NCBI RefSeq assembly: GCF_000143415.4
Contig: NW_003314293.1
Location: 651,763 to 715,762, forward strand
Origin: Selaginella moellendorffii
Lineage: Eukaryota > Plantae > Lycopodiophyta
Length of the DNA: 64,000 bases
Reading direction: 5' to 3'
Below the pieces are notes generated by a model that was not told where the DNA came from, searched no databases, and saw only the letters and a list, made by a program, of their open reading frames with translations. Shown one piece after another: positions 1 through 12,283 of the stretch. The position numbers and the translations under genes were made by a program. Numbering within the stretch: the first letter of the stretch is position 1; each line of letters starts with the position of its first letter.

Positions 1-878
1 TTCTCTATATGCTTTGCCAGGGGAAATCTATAGCCAGAAACGAGAAGGAAAGTTAAAAGCATGAGTTGTTCGATCAACTTACTCGACTCGAGCAAGAAGA
101 TGGTCGTTTACTTTGAGCCGCAGAGAAGGGCAGATATCTCCTCGACCATCTCCAATGTAAACTACTCGATTTTCAGCTGGTTTGGAGCTGAGAATTCTAT
201 CGAGAATAAGACCCTGGAATTGAAAAAGAATTGGAAAACGAAGAAGAAAGAACTTTGTATGTATTTAGGCCTACCTTGCACATATTTGGAGGACAAATCA
301 AGCAACCATGAGGAACTTCGGAAGATTGATACGGCCGGACTCTAAGCAGGCCATGATCGTCAAGACTCGCGGGATTTGTGTGAATCTCGGAGAAGAATCG
401 AGTGAGATTGAAATTGTCGAGGATAGTTTGGATGAAAAGCGTGTTGGCATCGCTAATAATCTGGAGCTCGTATCTGCAAGAAGTTGGATCTTAGAACTTA
501 TAGAGTGGATCAAGGCAAAGTTCCCGAAAGAACTAAGTTTATAAGAACGAATCTCACCCAGCTGCTGCTACTGCTCTGATGGCTCTCGACATGGAGGAAT
601 CGAGCGGGATTGTTCGCAAGCTCGCTTCGATCTCGGCTAGAGTTCTTCCTCGAGACATGATCTCCACCATCATAGTATCCTGCCAAGAACAAGAGAGAAA
701 GTTCTTGACAGACAGGAGAGAAGAAAGAATTCATCGTTACCATTAGATCCGTCCAAGGGAGACTTCTTCGCAAAGAACGCATTAGATCCGAAGCGCCCAT
801 TTGCTCCACCACGAATGTATCACTGTTACAATTGATGAGGCTCCAGTCGAAATCAAACACCACAATGGAGCTCGCCAT
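1..878 (-). CDS. PHOSPHO1/PS2-PECP-like HAD phosphatase (multi-exon; 3' end runs off the window)
   Basis: Exon translations include VVFDFDWSL (HAD motif I), IISDANTLFI, EIHTNP, CPPNMCKG and YIGDGRGDICP, separated by short GT-AG introns. Confidence 0.9.
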
Positions 879-952
879 GGCCTCGAGAGAAGCTCTCGAG
901 AACTAGTCTACTGAGATTATTCGAAGAGAATCTTCCTTCCTTATATTTGGGT

Positions 953-961
953 TTAGGGTTT
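953..961. promoter_or_regulatory. Telo-box (TTAGGGTTT) in the 94-nt divergent promoter between the phosphatase and CCA genes
   Basis: Motif seen directly. Telo-boxes are established promoter/5'UTR elements of plant translation-machinery genes. Confidence 0.5.
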
Positions 962-972
962 TTTGGGCATCA

Positions 973-3342
973 ATGCTCGTTGCCGCCACTCCGGGATCGT
1001 TCGCGCTCTCCCGATTGCTCGCCGCGAGGCTGCATTGCGCGCGATTCGCACCGCGCTGCTCGATGTGCGCGCTGCCGGACGCTGCCGCGAGGAAGCGGAA
1101 GAGGATGGATGTCGAAATTCGCGACACGGTGAAGCTAAGCGCCGAGGAGGAGAAGATCTTTGACAGGCTCCTGGCGGTCGAGCGGCATTTCGGCCTAGGA
1201 ACGCAGCTGCGCGTCGCCGGCGGATGGGTTCGTGACAAGGTGAGAGATTCTAGTCCCAAACGAAGAAAATTGGTTTGATTCTCGTGTTCTTCCAGCTCCT
1301 AGGGAAGGATTGCTACGATATCGATATTGCGCTGGACAACATGCTTGGTCGCGATTTCTGCGAGAAGGTGAACGAGTATTTGAAGAGCATTGGCGAGGAG
1401 ACGAAGAGCGTGGGAGTGATACTGAGGTAAGCGTCTATAAGTTTTTCATGGAGACAACCTTTTCTGTCCTTTTGTTTCCCTCCCAGCAATCCTGATCAGT
1501 CGAAGCATCTAGAGACTGCAAGAATGAAAATCGAAGATGTTTGGGTTGATTTCGTCAACCTTCGAGCAGAGACATATGCTGATGATAGCCGGATCCCTTC
1601 TACCATGGTAAGAATGCTGCTTTTCGAGTCCTTGTATCTTTTGCTTCTGGCTACAGGAATTTGGAACTCCCAAGCAGGACGCAGAGCGCAGGGACCTGAC
1701 GATAAACAGGTAAACTTCGTCCCAACTTACAGCGACCTGACTTCCAATTTGGCAGTCTGTTCTACAACATCAACACTGGGCACGTTGAGGACCACACGGA
1801 TAGAGGCAAGTGTGTTTTTAGCTGCAAATCGGAAACTCCATTTATTCCCACTCTCAGGTCTTCGGGACTTAAAGGTCGGAGTAATCGCAACACCGCTTGA
1901 GCCACACGTAACCTTTCTCGACGATCCGCTGCGTGTCCTGAGATCTGTTCGATTTGGTAAGAATGTTGTTTGATACTTCAATATTTATCTCGGGAAGCAA
2001 TTGTTTTTCCAGCTTCACGCTTTGGTTTTGAGCTTGAAGACGATCTTCGGGCCGCGGCTTCCACGGGTGAAGTGAGGGATGCTCTCGAAAGAAAGATAAG
2101 CAGAGAAAGAATAGGCCATGAGGTATACCCTTGAATCTCCCTATGAAACATCTCTGATATCTTTCGTTCGATTGAATCAGGTCGAGCTTATGCTTTTAGG
2201 CAATGATCCGACTCAGGCGATGGAACTCCTGCTTGACTTGAAGCTCTTTCGATCTGTTTTTACCCCACCGGCACCGTTGTTAGTAGATGGATGGGAGAGG
2301 TAGACCGTTCAATGGTTTTGGTGTTGTGCTTATTGGTTTGCAATCTCCAGGTTGTGTGTGCAGCACATTCACGCTGCATGGGACGTTCTTCAGCTCGTCA
2401 ATGTTAAACTGACCGTAAGCTCGATTAATTTTAAAGTCACATATCTGACTAGCAGCTTAACTGGCAGGCAGAGCATAAGTTGAAGTTCTTGCTAGCTGCC
2501 CTCCTCTTTCCATTACAGGATTCAACATACGAAGGAAAGAAGCGGAAGAAGGCTAGCAGCTATGCTCAAATAAGTCGTTTTACTGACTGTTCCAGCTTTG
2601 CAGTTTCCAAGCACAAGCTTCATCATACGAGAGTCTCTGAAACTTAAGAATGCTGATGCGGACGGAGTAGGTTCTTCATGTATATCGATATTTGCTACTA
2701 ACACATTGTTTCAGGTTGTGGACTTGCATCGATCCGCCAGAAAGTTTGACAGGCTCGAGGATGTTCTTCTGTCAGATGCTGCTGAAGTAATTACCGCTCA
2801 TGCCGCCGCAAACACTCGGGAAGAAGTCCAAAGACTAGAAGCAGGTGACGCTTTTGCTTGGGTTTGTTCCTCATGCGCTGAGGATCGAATTTTTGTAGGA
2901 TTGGAACTCATGGAAATCAAGGAGTTGTGGCGGGCAGCGTTAGTACTCTCGTCACTCAACGACCTGCTAGAAAACCAAGCCTGGGATGCGCAAGAGAAAG
3001 CAAAGGTGTGCACTTCCGTCATGGACTTCATCTCGAAGCAAGGTAAAGTGAACTTCATATGTAGTGAGCACGGTGCGAGTGAAATATACAGGATTGGACG
3101 AGTCATGGAACACAAAGCCTCTTCTGGATGGAAAGGAAATAATGGCGGAGTTCCAGCTCAAGGGAGGCCCTGCCGTGAAGCACCTGGTAAGTAAATAGAT
3201 TATAATCCACTTTGGTTTCCACTCATGTATTCGAGCAATGCAGAAGGACTTGTCAATCCAGTGGCAGCTCGCACACCCGACTGGAACAGCGGGAGAGTGT
3301 AGAGAGTGGCTCAAACTAGAACACGCGAAGGGAAACAAGTAA
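973..3342 (+). CDS. CCA-adding enzyme (tRNA nucleotidyltransferase), multi-exon
   Basis: LRVAGGWVRDK-LLGKDCYDIDIALD, NPDQSKHLETA, DFVNLRAETY, DAERRDLTIN, TFLDDPLRVLR, KISRERIGHE and KPLLDGKEI. In-frame ATGs at 973, 1063 and 1105; stop TAA at 3340-3342. Confidence 0.93.
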
Positions 3343-3458
3343 TCTGCGCGATTCACCGTCCAAGTGAGTGAAAGTTTTCCCAGTTTCGTGCTCAAGCTCT
3401 TTCCATTTCCCAGATTTTTGCGAAGAATACAACCATTGCTAGCTACCAAAGATTTAAA

Positions 3459-4490
3459 TCAAGCCAGCGTCTCGTGAATAAACTGCGCGATATCACTCAA
3501 GCACTGGCGCGACGATTTGAGGCGATAGAAGATGTGGAAGACATGAACTCCACGCTTATACAAGAGAACCTTGACCTTCTTCCCGGCGGCGGCCATCCCT
3601 TGCGCGTAGCTCATCTGTGCGTCCTTGAGGAGATCATACTCGCCAACCAAAACCAAGCTTGGCGGGAGAGGAAGCGCCGTAATGTCCATCGATCGTGGGC
3701 CGAACACGTTGCAAATCGGGTGGTCGCGATCTTCCCCGTCGGGAAGATAGGCCCGCCAATACCAGTCGGTCATCTCCAGGCTGATTATGGGCCCATTCCG
3801 GAGCACAATCTCCGAGGGGCTCCTCTCCTGGCTGCCAAAGAAGGGCTGGATGAGAATGCTACCTCTCACGCGCAGTGGATCCAGTAGGGCTTGCTCCTCG
3901 GCGATGGCGGCGCGGCACACGACGAAGTGGGCGATGTTGCCGCCGGCCGAATCGCCGCTGAGGAAGCAGCGCGAGAGATCGGCCGAGGCTGGGAGGGCGT
4001 CCCTGGCTTCCTTGGATCGCAGCCATTTGAGGAAGTGGAAGCAAGAATCGTGCACGGCGGGGTAGCGATGCTCGGGCGCCAGCGGGTAATTCACCGAGAC
4101 GACGATGCAGCGCGCGATCTTGGCGAGGCGGCGGCAGAAGATGTCGTAGAGGAGGAAATCCGGGCGGAGGACCGCGAATCCGCCGCCGTGGTAGTAGATC
4201 ACGACGGGCAGCGACGCGGAGGAGCTAGTGTTCTTGGCGGCGTCGTCGGGGATGAAGAGCCTGGCCCAGCAAGAATCGCCCAGCGATGGCGCCGCGATGT
4301 CCCTGGTGGAGACGCCGTAGATCGGGATGGAGAGGGCGGGGAAGCGAATCTCCTCGATGCTGCCCAGCCAGCGGCGGATGGTGTAGTCGCTCCGGCGGAT
4401 GAGCGCGTTGGCAGTCTTGATGAGGCCGGAGAGCAGGCGAAGCGAGAGCGGCAGGCGCGCGCCACCGCCATCGCAGAGCGCCGCCGCCAT
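3459..4490 (-). CDS. Carboxylesterase of the HSL/GID1-like (CXE18-like) family, intronless
   Basis: HGGGF oxyanion motif, GDSAGG nucleophile, DWYWRAYLP-DRDHP, DLLKD and GVHVF (catalytic His retained). Likely start is MAAALCD at 4490; the ORF stays open to 4574. Confidence 0.88.
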   Translation of the reverse strand: MAAALCDGGGARLPLSLRLLSGLIKTANALIRRSDYTIRRWLGSIEEIRFPALSIPIYGVSTRDIAAPSLGDSCWARLFIPDDAAKNTSSSASLPVVIYYHGGGFAVLRPDFLLYDIFCRRLAKIARCIVVSVNYPLAPEHRYPAVHDSCFHFLKWLRSKEARDALPASADLSRCFLSGDSAGGNIAHFVVCRAAIAEEQALLDPLRVRGSILIQPFFGSQERSPSEIVLRNGPIISLEMTDWYWRAYLPDGEDRDHPICNVFGPRSMDITALPLPPSLVLVGEYDLLKDAQMSYAQGMAAAGKKVKVLLYKRGVHVFHIFYRLKSSRQCLSDIAQFIHETLA

Positions 4491-4633
4491 AGCCAAGAGC
4501 TTCCAAGAGCTTCCAAAACTTGCGAGTGACGAACAAGGAAAAGGCCAAGAAGTAATGAACCTGGGCGGGATCATGGCAGTCGATTATTGCAAATTTTCGG
4601 CCACTTATCCGCGAGACTTGCCCGAAATGGAGA

Positions 4634-6385
4634 TTAATTTTTCGCGTGTTCTTCGCTGGGGATTCTTCCATTCTCGCGGTGGATTCTTTGCGAGTGTTCT
4701 TCGCGGGGGATTCTTTGCGAGTATACGTTCGCGACCAAGACGTAGGCGCGGGGGTCTCGCCCGAGAACGCGATTTGCCGCCGCGACAACGCTGCCAAGAT
4801 CGTCCTGGCTCCGGCACGCCGCCAGGAAGCACGACCACTCCCACAGATCGGGCGCAAAGGGCATTGCTTGGATGAGATCCCTGGCGCTGGCCAGGTGCCC
4901 CGCGCGGCAGAGGAGATCCACGACGCAGCAGTAGTGCTGCTTGGTGGGCGTGATCGCGAAATCGGTGGCGATGGAGCGGAATCGCGCGCCGCCCACCTCG
5001 GGATCGCCCAGATGCCCGCAAGCGATGAGCAGCGATGCGAGCGAGGTCTCGTCCGGGGGGAGAAATTCGAGGTTTAGATCGAAGAAGAGGGCGAGGACGT
5101 GATCGCTGTGGTGCCCGGTTTGGGCGTAGGCTGCGAGCATCGTCCCCCAGGAAGCGATGCTTCTCTCCGGCATTTGCGAGAACAGATCTCGCGCTTGCTG
5201 CAAATGCCCTCTCTGAGCGAATGCGAGGAGGAGCTCGTTCCAGGAGATGAGATCTCTCTCCGGGATCGAGTCGAAGATCTTGGTGGCCGCCGGGAGATCG
5301 CAGGCGCGCGCGTAGGCGAGGAGGAGGGAGTTCCAGGCAATGGTGTCTCGCTCCGGCGCAGCGTCGAAGAATCTCTGGCATAGATCGGTGTCTCCGGCTC
5401 TGGCAAATCCCGCCAGGAGCGAGCTCCAGGAGATGAGATCCTTCTCCGGCAGGCGATCGAACAGGCACTTTGCTTCCTCGATCTGGCCGGATTGGGCGTG
5501 CGCGGCGATCATCGCGTTCCACGAGACGAGGCTCGAGAAGGGCATCGCGGCGAAGGTCTCGATCGATTTGGGCGTGTTTCCGGCGCTGGCGTAGGCGCAG
5601 AGCATCGCGTTCCAGGCGACGAGGTCGCGCTCGCGCATCACCGAGTGGAAGATCTCCTCGGCTCTGGCGATTTGGCCGCTGTGGGCGTAGCGCGCGAGCA
5701 TCGCCGTCCAGGAGACGGTGTTGTGGATCGGCATTGCGTCGAAGATCTCTCTCGCGGCGTCGGGATTGGGAGAAGCTCCCAGGATCAGGGAGGAAGATAC
5801 AACATCGTGTTGCGGCATTTGCGAGTAGAGTTCTTGAGCTTGCCCAAAATGCCCTCTTTGGGCATATGCGTGGAGCATCACAGTCCACGAGACGAGATTC
5901 ACGAGCGGCATTGCATCGAAAATCTGTTTGGCTTGCGTAGATCTCTCCTTTTGCGCGTAGAGATTCAGGATCGTGGTCCATGAAATGAGATCTTTGCCTG
6001 GCATTCGAGCAAAGAACTCGTTGGTTTGCAGCAAATGCCCTGTTTGGGCATGTGCTGCAAGCATCGAGTTTAGCGCCACCATGTTCCACTCGGGCATCCC
6101 GTCGAAGATCGTCTTGGCCTCGGCGAAGAGCGCATTGCGAGCGTAGCACGAGATCATCAGCGCCCACGAGAAGCAATCCCGGTCTCGCGGATCGATTCGT
6201 GCGAAGACCGCCGCGGCATCGAGCGGGCTGCCGTGGCTGGCGTAGGCCTGGATGAGCTTGTTGAGGACGAAGAGATCCGGGCGATGGATCCGAGCGTGGA
6301 TTGCTCGCAGCTCCGCGAGGCTGGCGCTGGCAGCGATGGCGCGCACGCATTGGGATCGTTGCTGGAGCGTAGAGGGCGCATTCAT
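4634..6385 (-). CDS. PLS-class PPR protein with E domain, intronless
   Basis: Tandem short PPR motifs (FDAMP..D..SW..ML.AYA..G), then HYCCVVDLLCRAG..MPFAPD..W..FLAAC. No DYW domain. Confidence 0.9.
   Translation of the reverse strand: MNAPSTLQQRSQCVRAIAASASLAELRAIHARIHRPDLFVLNKLIQAYASHGSPLDAAAVFARIDPRDRDCFSWALMISCYARNALFAEAKTIFDGMPEWNMVALNSMLAAHAQTGHLLQTNEFFARMPGKDLISWTTILNLYAQKERSTQAKQIFDAMPLVNLVSWTVMLHAYAQRGHFGQAQELYSQMPQHDVVSSSLILGASPNPDAAREIFDAMPIHNTVSWTAMLARYAHSGQIARAEEIFHSVMRERDLVAWNAMLCAYASAGNTPKSIETFAAMPFSSLVSWNAMIAAHAQSGQIEEAKCLFDRLPEKDLISWSSLLAGFARAGDTDLCQRFFDAAPERDTIAWNSLLLAYARACDLPAATKIFDSIPERDLISWNELLLAFAQRGHLQQARDLFSQMPERSIASWGTMLAAYAQTGHHSDHVLALFFDLNLEFLPPDETSLASLLIACGHLGDPEVGGARFRSIATDFAITPTKQHYCCVVDLLCRAGHLASARDLIQAMPFAPDLWEWSCFLAACRSQDDLGSVVAAANRVLGRDPRAYVLVANVYSQRIPREEHSQRIHRENGRIPSEEHAKN
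4645..4722. repeat. Short imperfect tandem repeat (GTGTTCTTCGC..GGGGATTCTT..) forming the PPR C-terminus
   Basis: Recurring gtgttcttcgc and ggattctttgcgagt units seen directly; they translate as SQRIPREEH/SQRIHREN/RIPSEEH. Confidence 0.7.
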
Positions 6386-6587
6386 AGAAAATCAAGCTTA
6401 ATCGTCGCTAGATCTGGCCGAGAAGCGCGAGATCCTCGTGTGGATTCGCTAGTCCCAATCACCAGTATAGTAGCTCTAGACTAAAGGCACTGCGTTCTTG
6501 GTGTTTTGTCTTCTTCGTCGTTGTCAACTAAAGGATGTGATCGTCGTTCTATTGCTGTGCTAGGTCTTTTATTTCGTTGTGGGAGAC

Positions 6588-9500
6588 ATGGCGCTCGACG
6601 ACGGTCTCCCCTCGCGCAAGGAGCTCCGATTCGCTGTCAATGGCAAGCTCGTCGTCGTCCGGGACGCTGATCCGCGCGCCAGCCTCGGGGATTTCCTCCG
6701 CGATAATCTGCTGCTGCGAGGTTTGAAGATGCCGTGCCGGCAAGGGGGATGCGGCGCTTGCACCGTCGTGATTTCCTCGCCTAGATCGAGCGATGGGGTG
6801 CTGCTGCGGCACAGGCCGGTAAATTCGTGCCTCCGGACGCTCTGCTCGGTGGATGGGATGCTCGTCACGACTGTGGAGGGGATTGGGAGCTGCAAGGGTG
6901 GATTGCATCGCGTCCAGCAAGCGCTCGTCAAGCACAATGGCTCGCAGTGTGGATTTTGCACGCCTGGCTGGGTAAGCTAGCGACGTATGATTATCTTGGA
7001 TTTTTCTTTCTTGTTCATCACAGGTGATGAATATGTATGGCTTGCTGCTTGAAACTCCAAATCCTCTGCCGCAGCAAGTGGAAGATCAGCTAGATGGAAA
7101 TCTTTGCAGGTAAGGTGTTGTTCCTCCATTTTCCAAGATAGTTTCTTACGTGGGTTTTGTGTGAAGGTGTACTGGATATCGTCCCATTTTGGATGCTTTC
7201 CAGTCTCTCGCGTGTTCTTCCGGAGATGGATGCAGCGCAGGAGACATCGAAGAAGTACCAACGTGTAAGAACTTGGCTTCGCTTCGCCAAGACGACGAGC
7301 TCGAGATCAGCAAGGGTGGAGTGACGTGGTTCCGAGTCTCGTCCTTGACATCGCTGTACAAGGTTCTCAGGAGCAATGCCGTTCACGACGTGCAACTCGT
7401 TTGTGGGAACACGTCGAGTGGAGTTTATCCTCGACAGTTCAAGAGCGTTGTTGTGGACATCAGCTGCATTGACGAGATGCGGCGTGTTAGTATCGACAGT
7501 CGTGGCATCCGGCTCGGTGGCGCAGCTTCGTTGAGCGACATGGAAGCAGTGCTGAATTCGAAGAAAGAAGTTTCTTCGAGCTATCGGTCGCTCTTGCAAC
7601 ACGTGAAACGGGTATGTTTCTTTCGATCATCTCTTTCCTCGTTCTAACCAAAGGTATGTTGTGGCACAGATCGCTACACATCAAGTTCGAAACATGGGAA
7701 CTGTTGCTGGAAATCTCATGATGACGTATCAAAATCTGGGCTTCGTATCGGACGTAGCAGTCCTACTTTTTGCCGCTGAAGCAATTTTGACGATCGCTCT
7801 CTCCGATGCAGTTCGGAAAGATTTGACCATCGAAGACTTTTTCAAGCTCCCGAGCGTGGACGAGATTGTCATTGTGGAAATTTTTCTTCCTTTGCTACCA
7901 GAGAGTGTACGATTTCTCACCTATAAAGTTGCTCTCCGGCGAGTGAACTCTCATGCTCTACTGAACGCTGCATTCAGGTTCGACGTCAACAGTAGCAAAG
8001 GTAGGCAATTGTTTACTCCTATACTTCATACATCCCAACCATGGCTCCCGTCTCAGGCTTGATTCAAAGCGCTCCAGTCATTGTTTATGGAGGAGTTGGT
8101 CATTTCCCTGTCCGAGCTAAAAATGCAGAAGCTTTTTTGTGGGGAAAATCTTTCACGGATCCCCAGGTACTCCTCTGCTTTCTTCTATCTATTCAGATTC
8201 GATTCTGTCCACAGGTTTGCGACAGTGCTCTCGAAATACTCCAGAAAGAGATTGTTATGGATCCTTCTTATGGAAACACAAGTTATCGCACATCTTTAGT
8301 GGCAGCATATTTCTACAAAGCGATATTGTCTTTGTGGCCTAAGGATCGCGTTCCCAGCACGTTGCAGTCGTCAATCTCAGAGGTTTCGGATGAAATGTCT
8401 ATACCTTGCTGATTTATTCACGTCCTTAATTTTAAATATGCAGTTCTCCTGGCCAATTACGTCTGGAACAAAAAGCTTTGATAAGGTACACATGCTGGTC
8501 TTGTTAGCTTGTGCGTGATCTCGTGTTTGGATTTTAAATGACAGGGCGACCCCTCACAATATCCTGTCTCCAAACCTCTGCCTAAGTTATCTGCAATGTC
8601 ACAGGTATTTTGCTCCAAAGGTTTTTTTGTTGTAATCCTTGTGCAATCCAGGCTTCAGGAGAACTGAAATATGTGAATGATTTCAACTTTGGGAACGAAT
8701 TATATGCAACATATGTAATTTCTACGGTTGGAAATGCAAAAATAAAAAGCATAGATCCTGCGAGAGCACTCGCAGAAAACGGAGTGGTAACATTTATCTC
8801 AGCTGCAACTTTAGCGGGTGCTGGATACAACAACAAAGTGAAGTAAGTTCAGCTTTACGATTTCTCATGCTTTATAGAAGAGTCATGGTACAGTGAATTC
8901 GAAGAAGTGTTTGCTACAAGCGACATTCTTTACTGTGGCCAAGCAGTGGGACTTGTTGTTGCGAAGTCGAAGGTGCCTTTCTTATTTACTGTTTTTCTTA
9001 TCTAACAGAGACTTACCAGAGAGTGGCGGATTATGCTGCGACATTAGTTGACGTGCAGTATATGGATATCAAGAAACCAATTATTACAATAGAAGATGCT
9101 GTTTCTGCCAATTCTTTCTTTCATAACAAGGACAGAGAACTTGAATTTCAACAAGGTACACACGCCACTTTTTAAGTCGACTTACCTGTTTTGAATCATT
9201 CACAGGATCCGTGACGGAGGCATTTAGTGATTCGGAGGCAATTCTAATAGAGGGCCAGGTATTTGAGGATTGAGAAACTTGTCTGTGCCAAACTAAACGC
9301 ATTACAACAGGTCAGCGTTGGCAATCAGTACCATTTCCATTTGGAGACCCAACAAGCAGTATGCGTACCGTCAGAGGATGGTTTCATTGAAGTGTACTCG
9401 TCCACTCAAAATCCCTCGAAGGTATGTGATGCCATGATGCATTTCTTATAACAAAATCATTTTGGAAGGTCCAAAGCTGCGTCAGTGCTGGACTCAATCG

Positions 9501-11874
9501 ACCTCAACACAAAATTACGGTAAGTTTAACTTGTCTCCCTCTGTTTCTTGTGAACTAGGTTCTTTTCTCAGGTATCTGTCAAGAGAATTGGAGGAGCATA
9601 TGGGGCGAAAATCAACCGGTCATTGTTAATTGCAATGGCTTGTGCGTTTGCGGCAGACTTGCTCAAGAGGCCCGTACGACTTGTTCTGGATCTTAGCACC
9701 AACATGCAGGTTGACATTTTCAATATATTAGTTTCTCCACTTAAAAATGCCACAGCTTGTAGGTGGTCGCAGTCCTTACTTTTGCAAATACAAGATCTCT
9801 GCAAGAAAAAATGGTCAAATCACTGGCGTGAAAATGGATATTATCAACAATCATGTGAGCTCTCAAAACTTGTCTCTATTTGTTTGATGTTTCAACCTGA
9901 ACAGGGAGCTCACTTCGATTTTGAGTATCCAACTGGTTCCACGCTACCAAATTTTATAGATGGCGCTTACAAAATTCCGAACTGGGATCTAAAGACGAAA
10001 ATTGCACGGACAAATACACCAGCTTGCACATATATGCGTGGCCCAGGTTTGCAAAAAAGTATTTTATTTTTTCTGAGATCCTTTTGCAGTTTTCGTTGAG
10101 ACCACCACTATGATTGAAACGGCATTAGATCATGTTGCATTTACTCTAGGCCTTGCTCGTGATCAAGTTCGCGAAATTAACATGTACGAGAAAGGCGACG
10201 TTTCTTTGAACGGGCAACGGCTTAACTATTGCAATGCAAAGTTAGTGTTTGACGCTATCAAGGTAATGTTTCACTTTTTAATATTCTTTTTCTGGTGCAT
10301 TACCTCTCGAGCTTTTAGGAGTCAAGTAACTATTTAATCCGTTCGAAGCAAGTGGACGAATATAATTCGAGCAACCTTTGGAGGAAGCGTGGAATATCAA
10401 TTGTCCCTGTGAAGTTCATCGCAGAGTGGCATGGCCTCCAGCATCTTGCTCTAATCAATGTGCATCCGGATGGAAGCATCAGCATCCATCACTCTGGATG
10501 CGAGATGGGACAGGGCCTTGACGTGAAGGTTGCTCAGGTGTGTAAACGTGTCGCTGTTTTGCTTTGTTTATCTCGTATGCTGGTTGGATTCTTTTCAGGT
10601 AGCAGCTATGACCCTTGGATCTCTGCAAGTAGATGTCTCCATGGAAGATATTGCTGTGCACACAACTACAACCACCGTCGCCAACAACGTCGCGGAAAGT
10701 GGTGGCTCCGTAGCTTCAGAGTTATGCGCAAAGGCCGTGCATGTAAGCTTTAAGAATTCACAGATCTGGATTTGTACTCACATATTCTCGCAGGATGGAT
10801 GCACTCAACTCGTCGACCGTCTTCGTGGAGTGAAGACCATGTTGGTCTCGGGATCAAAGAGTTGCTCCTGGAAGGATCTCATCAGCGCTGCAGTGAGCTC
10901 TGGAGTTGACCTTCAAGCCCGCGGCCGCGTGTATCCCGCTGCCGCTGAAGACGGTCCTTCCCAGTAAGTGTTCCTTTTACTTCCCGAGTTTTGTGCTCTT
11001 ACACACTTCCAAACAGATACACGTCGTTCGGAGCCGGCGTCACAGAAGTGGAAGTTGACATTCTGACGGGTCTGTATTTTGTGTATTATGGTTAGTGGTG
11101 AGGTGATCGACTCATCACAAATTTGTCCTTTCTTCTTTTTTTTTCTCGTCCCGTTTCAGGAGAAACATTCGTGATCCGTGCGGATGTCTTACTCGATTGC
11201 GGGAAAAGCTTGAATCCGGCCGTTGACATTGGCCAGGTAAGACTTCTACAGCGCTAGCACTGGAATTAACAAGTAGCTTCCACAGGTTCAAGGCGCTTTT
11301 ATTCAAGGACTCGGCTACTTCCTTACAGAAGAATTCCACTATGATCCTTCCACGGGCAAGGTAATTATTAGTCTCCACTGTTTTCCTCTTTTCTTATTCT
11401 TAGTTCTTGATTTATTTATTTTTCCAGCTTCTAACTGATGGAACTTGGGAGTATAAGCCACCATTTGCCAGGGACATTCCATACGAATTCAACACCGCTC
11501 TCCTCCCTAACAGTGAAAATCCTTCCGGCTTCCTTCGCTCAAAGGTACAAAACATTGTCGAACTCACTTGTTGCTAACTTGGAAGTGTCTCTAGTTCTCT
11601 GGAGAACCTCCTTATGGCACGGCTTGCAGGCAAGTTTCTCACAATCTTCAAAGAGAAAACTTTTGAGTTTGAGCTGACAAAGTGTTTGCAAATTGCTGTT
11701 TGCAGTGCCTTGCTAGCAGTGTCGCAAGCTCTCGCAGCCGCCAGATCGCAGTGGAATGGCGGCAATGGATGGTCTCCTCTCAGCTCTCCAGCAACGCCAC
11801 AAAACGTAGCCCTCGCGGCTGAGTTTCCACTCTCGTCAGTGAGCTTTCGAGAGCTCTTTTCAATGAATAAATGA
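6588..11874 (+). CDS. Aldehyde oxidase / xanthine dehydrogenase-family molybdo-flavoenzyme (many short introns)
   Basis: 2Fe-2S motifs CRQGGCGACTV, SQCGFCTPG and GNLCRCTGYRPI; FAD motif QVRNMGTVAGN; Moco-domain motifs HLETQ, GGAYGAK, CEMGQGL, SLNPAVDIGQVQGAFIQGLG, TWEYKPP and SGEPP. Confidence 0.92.
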
Positions 11875-12283
11875 AGAACCCTAAAAACAGGGGAAGGCTT
11901 TTATTTTAGGGTTTATGCTTGGGGGAGAAGAATGCTCGCGGCGATTCCATCCAGGATCGTCAATCCAGGTGAAAATGCAGCGTGTCGCGGGCGCTAGCGC
12001 CGTGCCGCGCTCGCAATTATCAATCAAAGAGCGCGCGAGTCGCGACATTCTTCTTCTGGGAGTCGCGATCCACAGGTATCTTTGCAAGTGGTAGTAAGAT
12101 ATTTATATGATTGGAAGGTATACATTATAGGGACGAGAGGATAGATTTCTCACATCTATTCGCAAGCTCCCCGTGTTAAACACACTCTCGGGAGAAAAAC
12201 AAAGGGGCAGGGAAAGAAAATATCAGCGCAACTTTACTATAGTACATAGCAGGAAAATGGCCGGGTCGACTCTCACACGTCGA

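Noticed and set aside
3459-4490. Calling this gene a true GID1 gibberellin receptor
   Set aside because: The catalytic His is retained (GVHVF) and the lid is diverged; better called CXE/GID1-like.
3474-6395. Long alternative-frame and antisense ORFs over the CXE and PPR genes (e.g. 4605-6395, 596 aa)
   Set aside because: Arg/Pro/Ala-rich shadows of GC-rich coding sequence with no motifs; the same applies to 50565-52049, 42576-43421 and 46362-47060.
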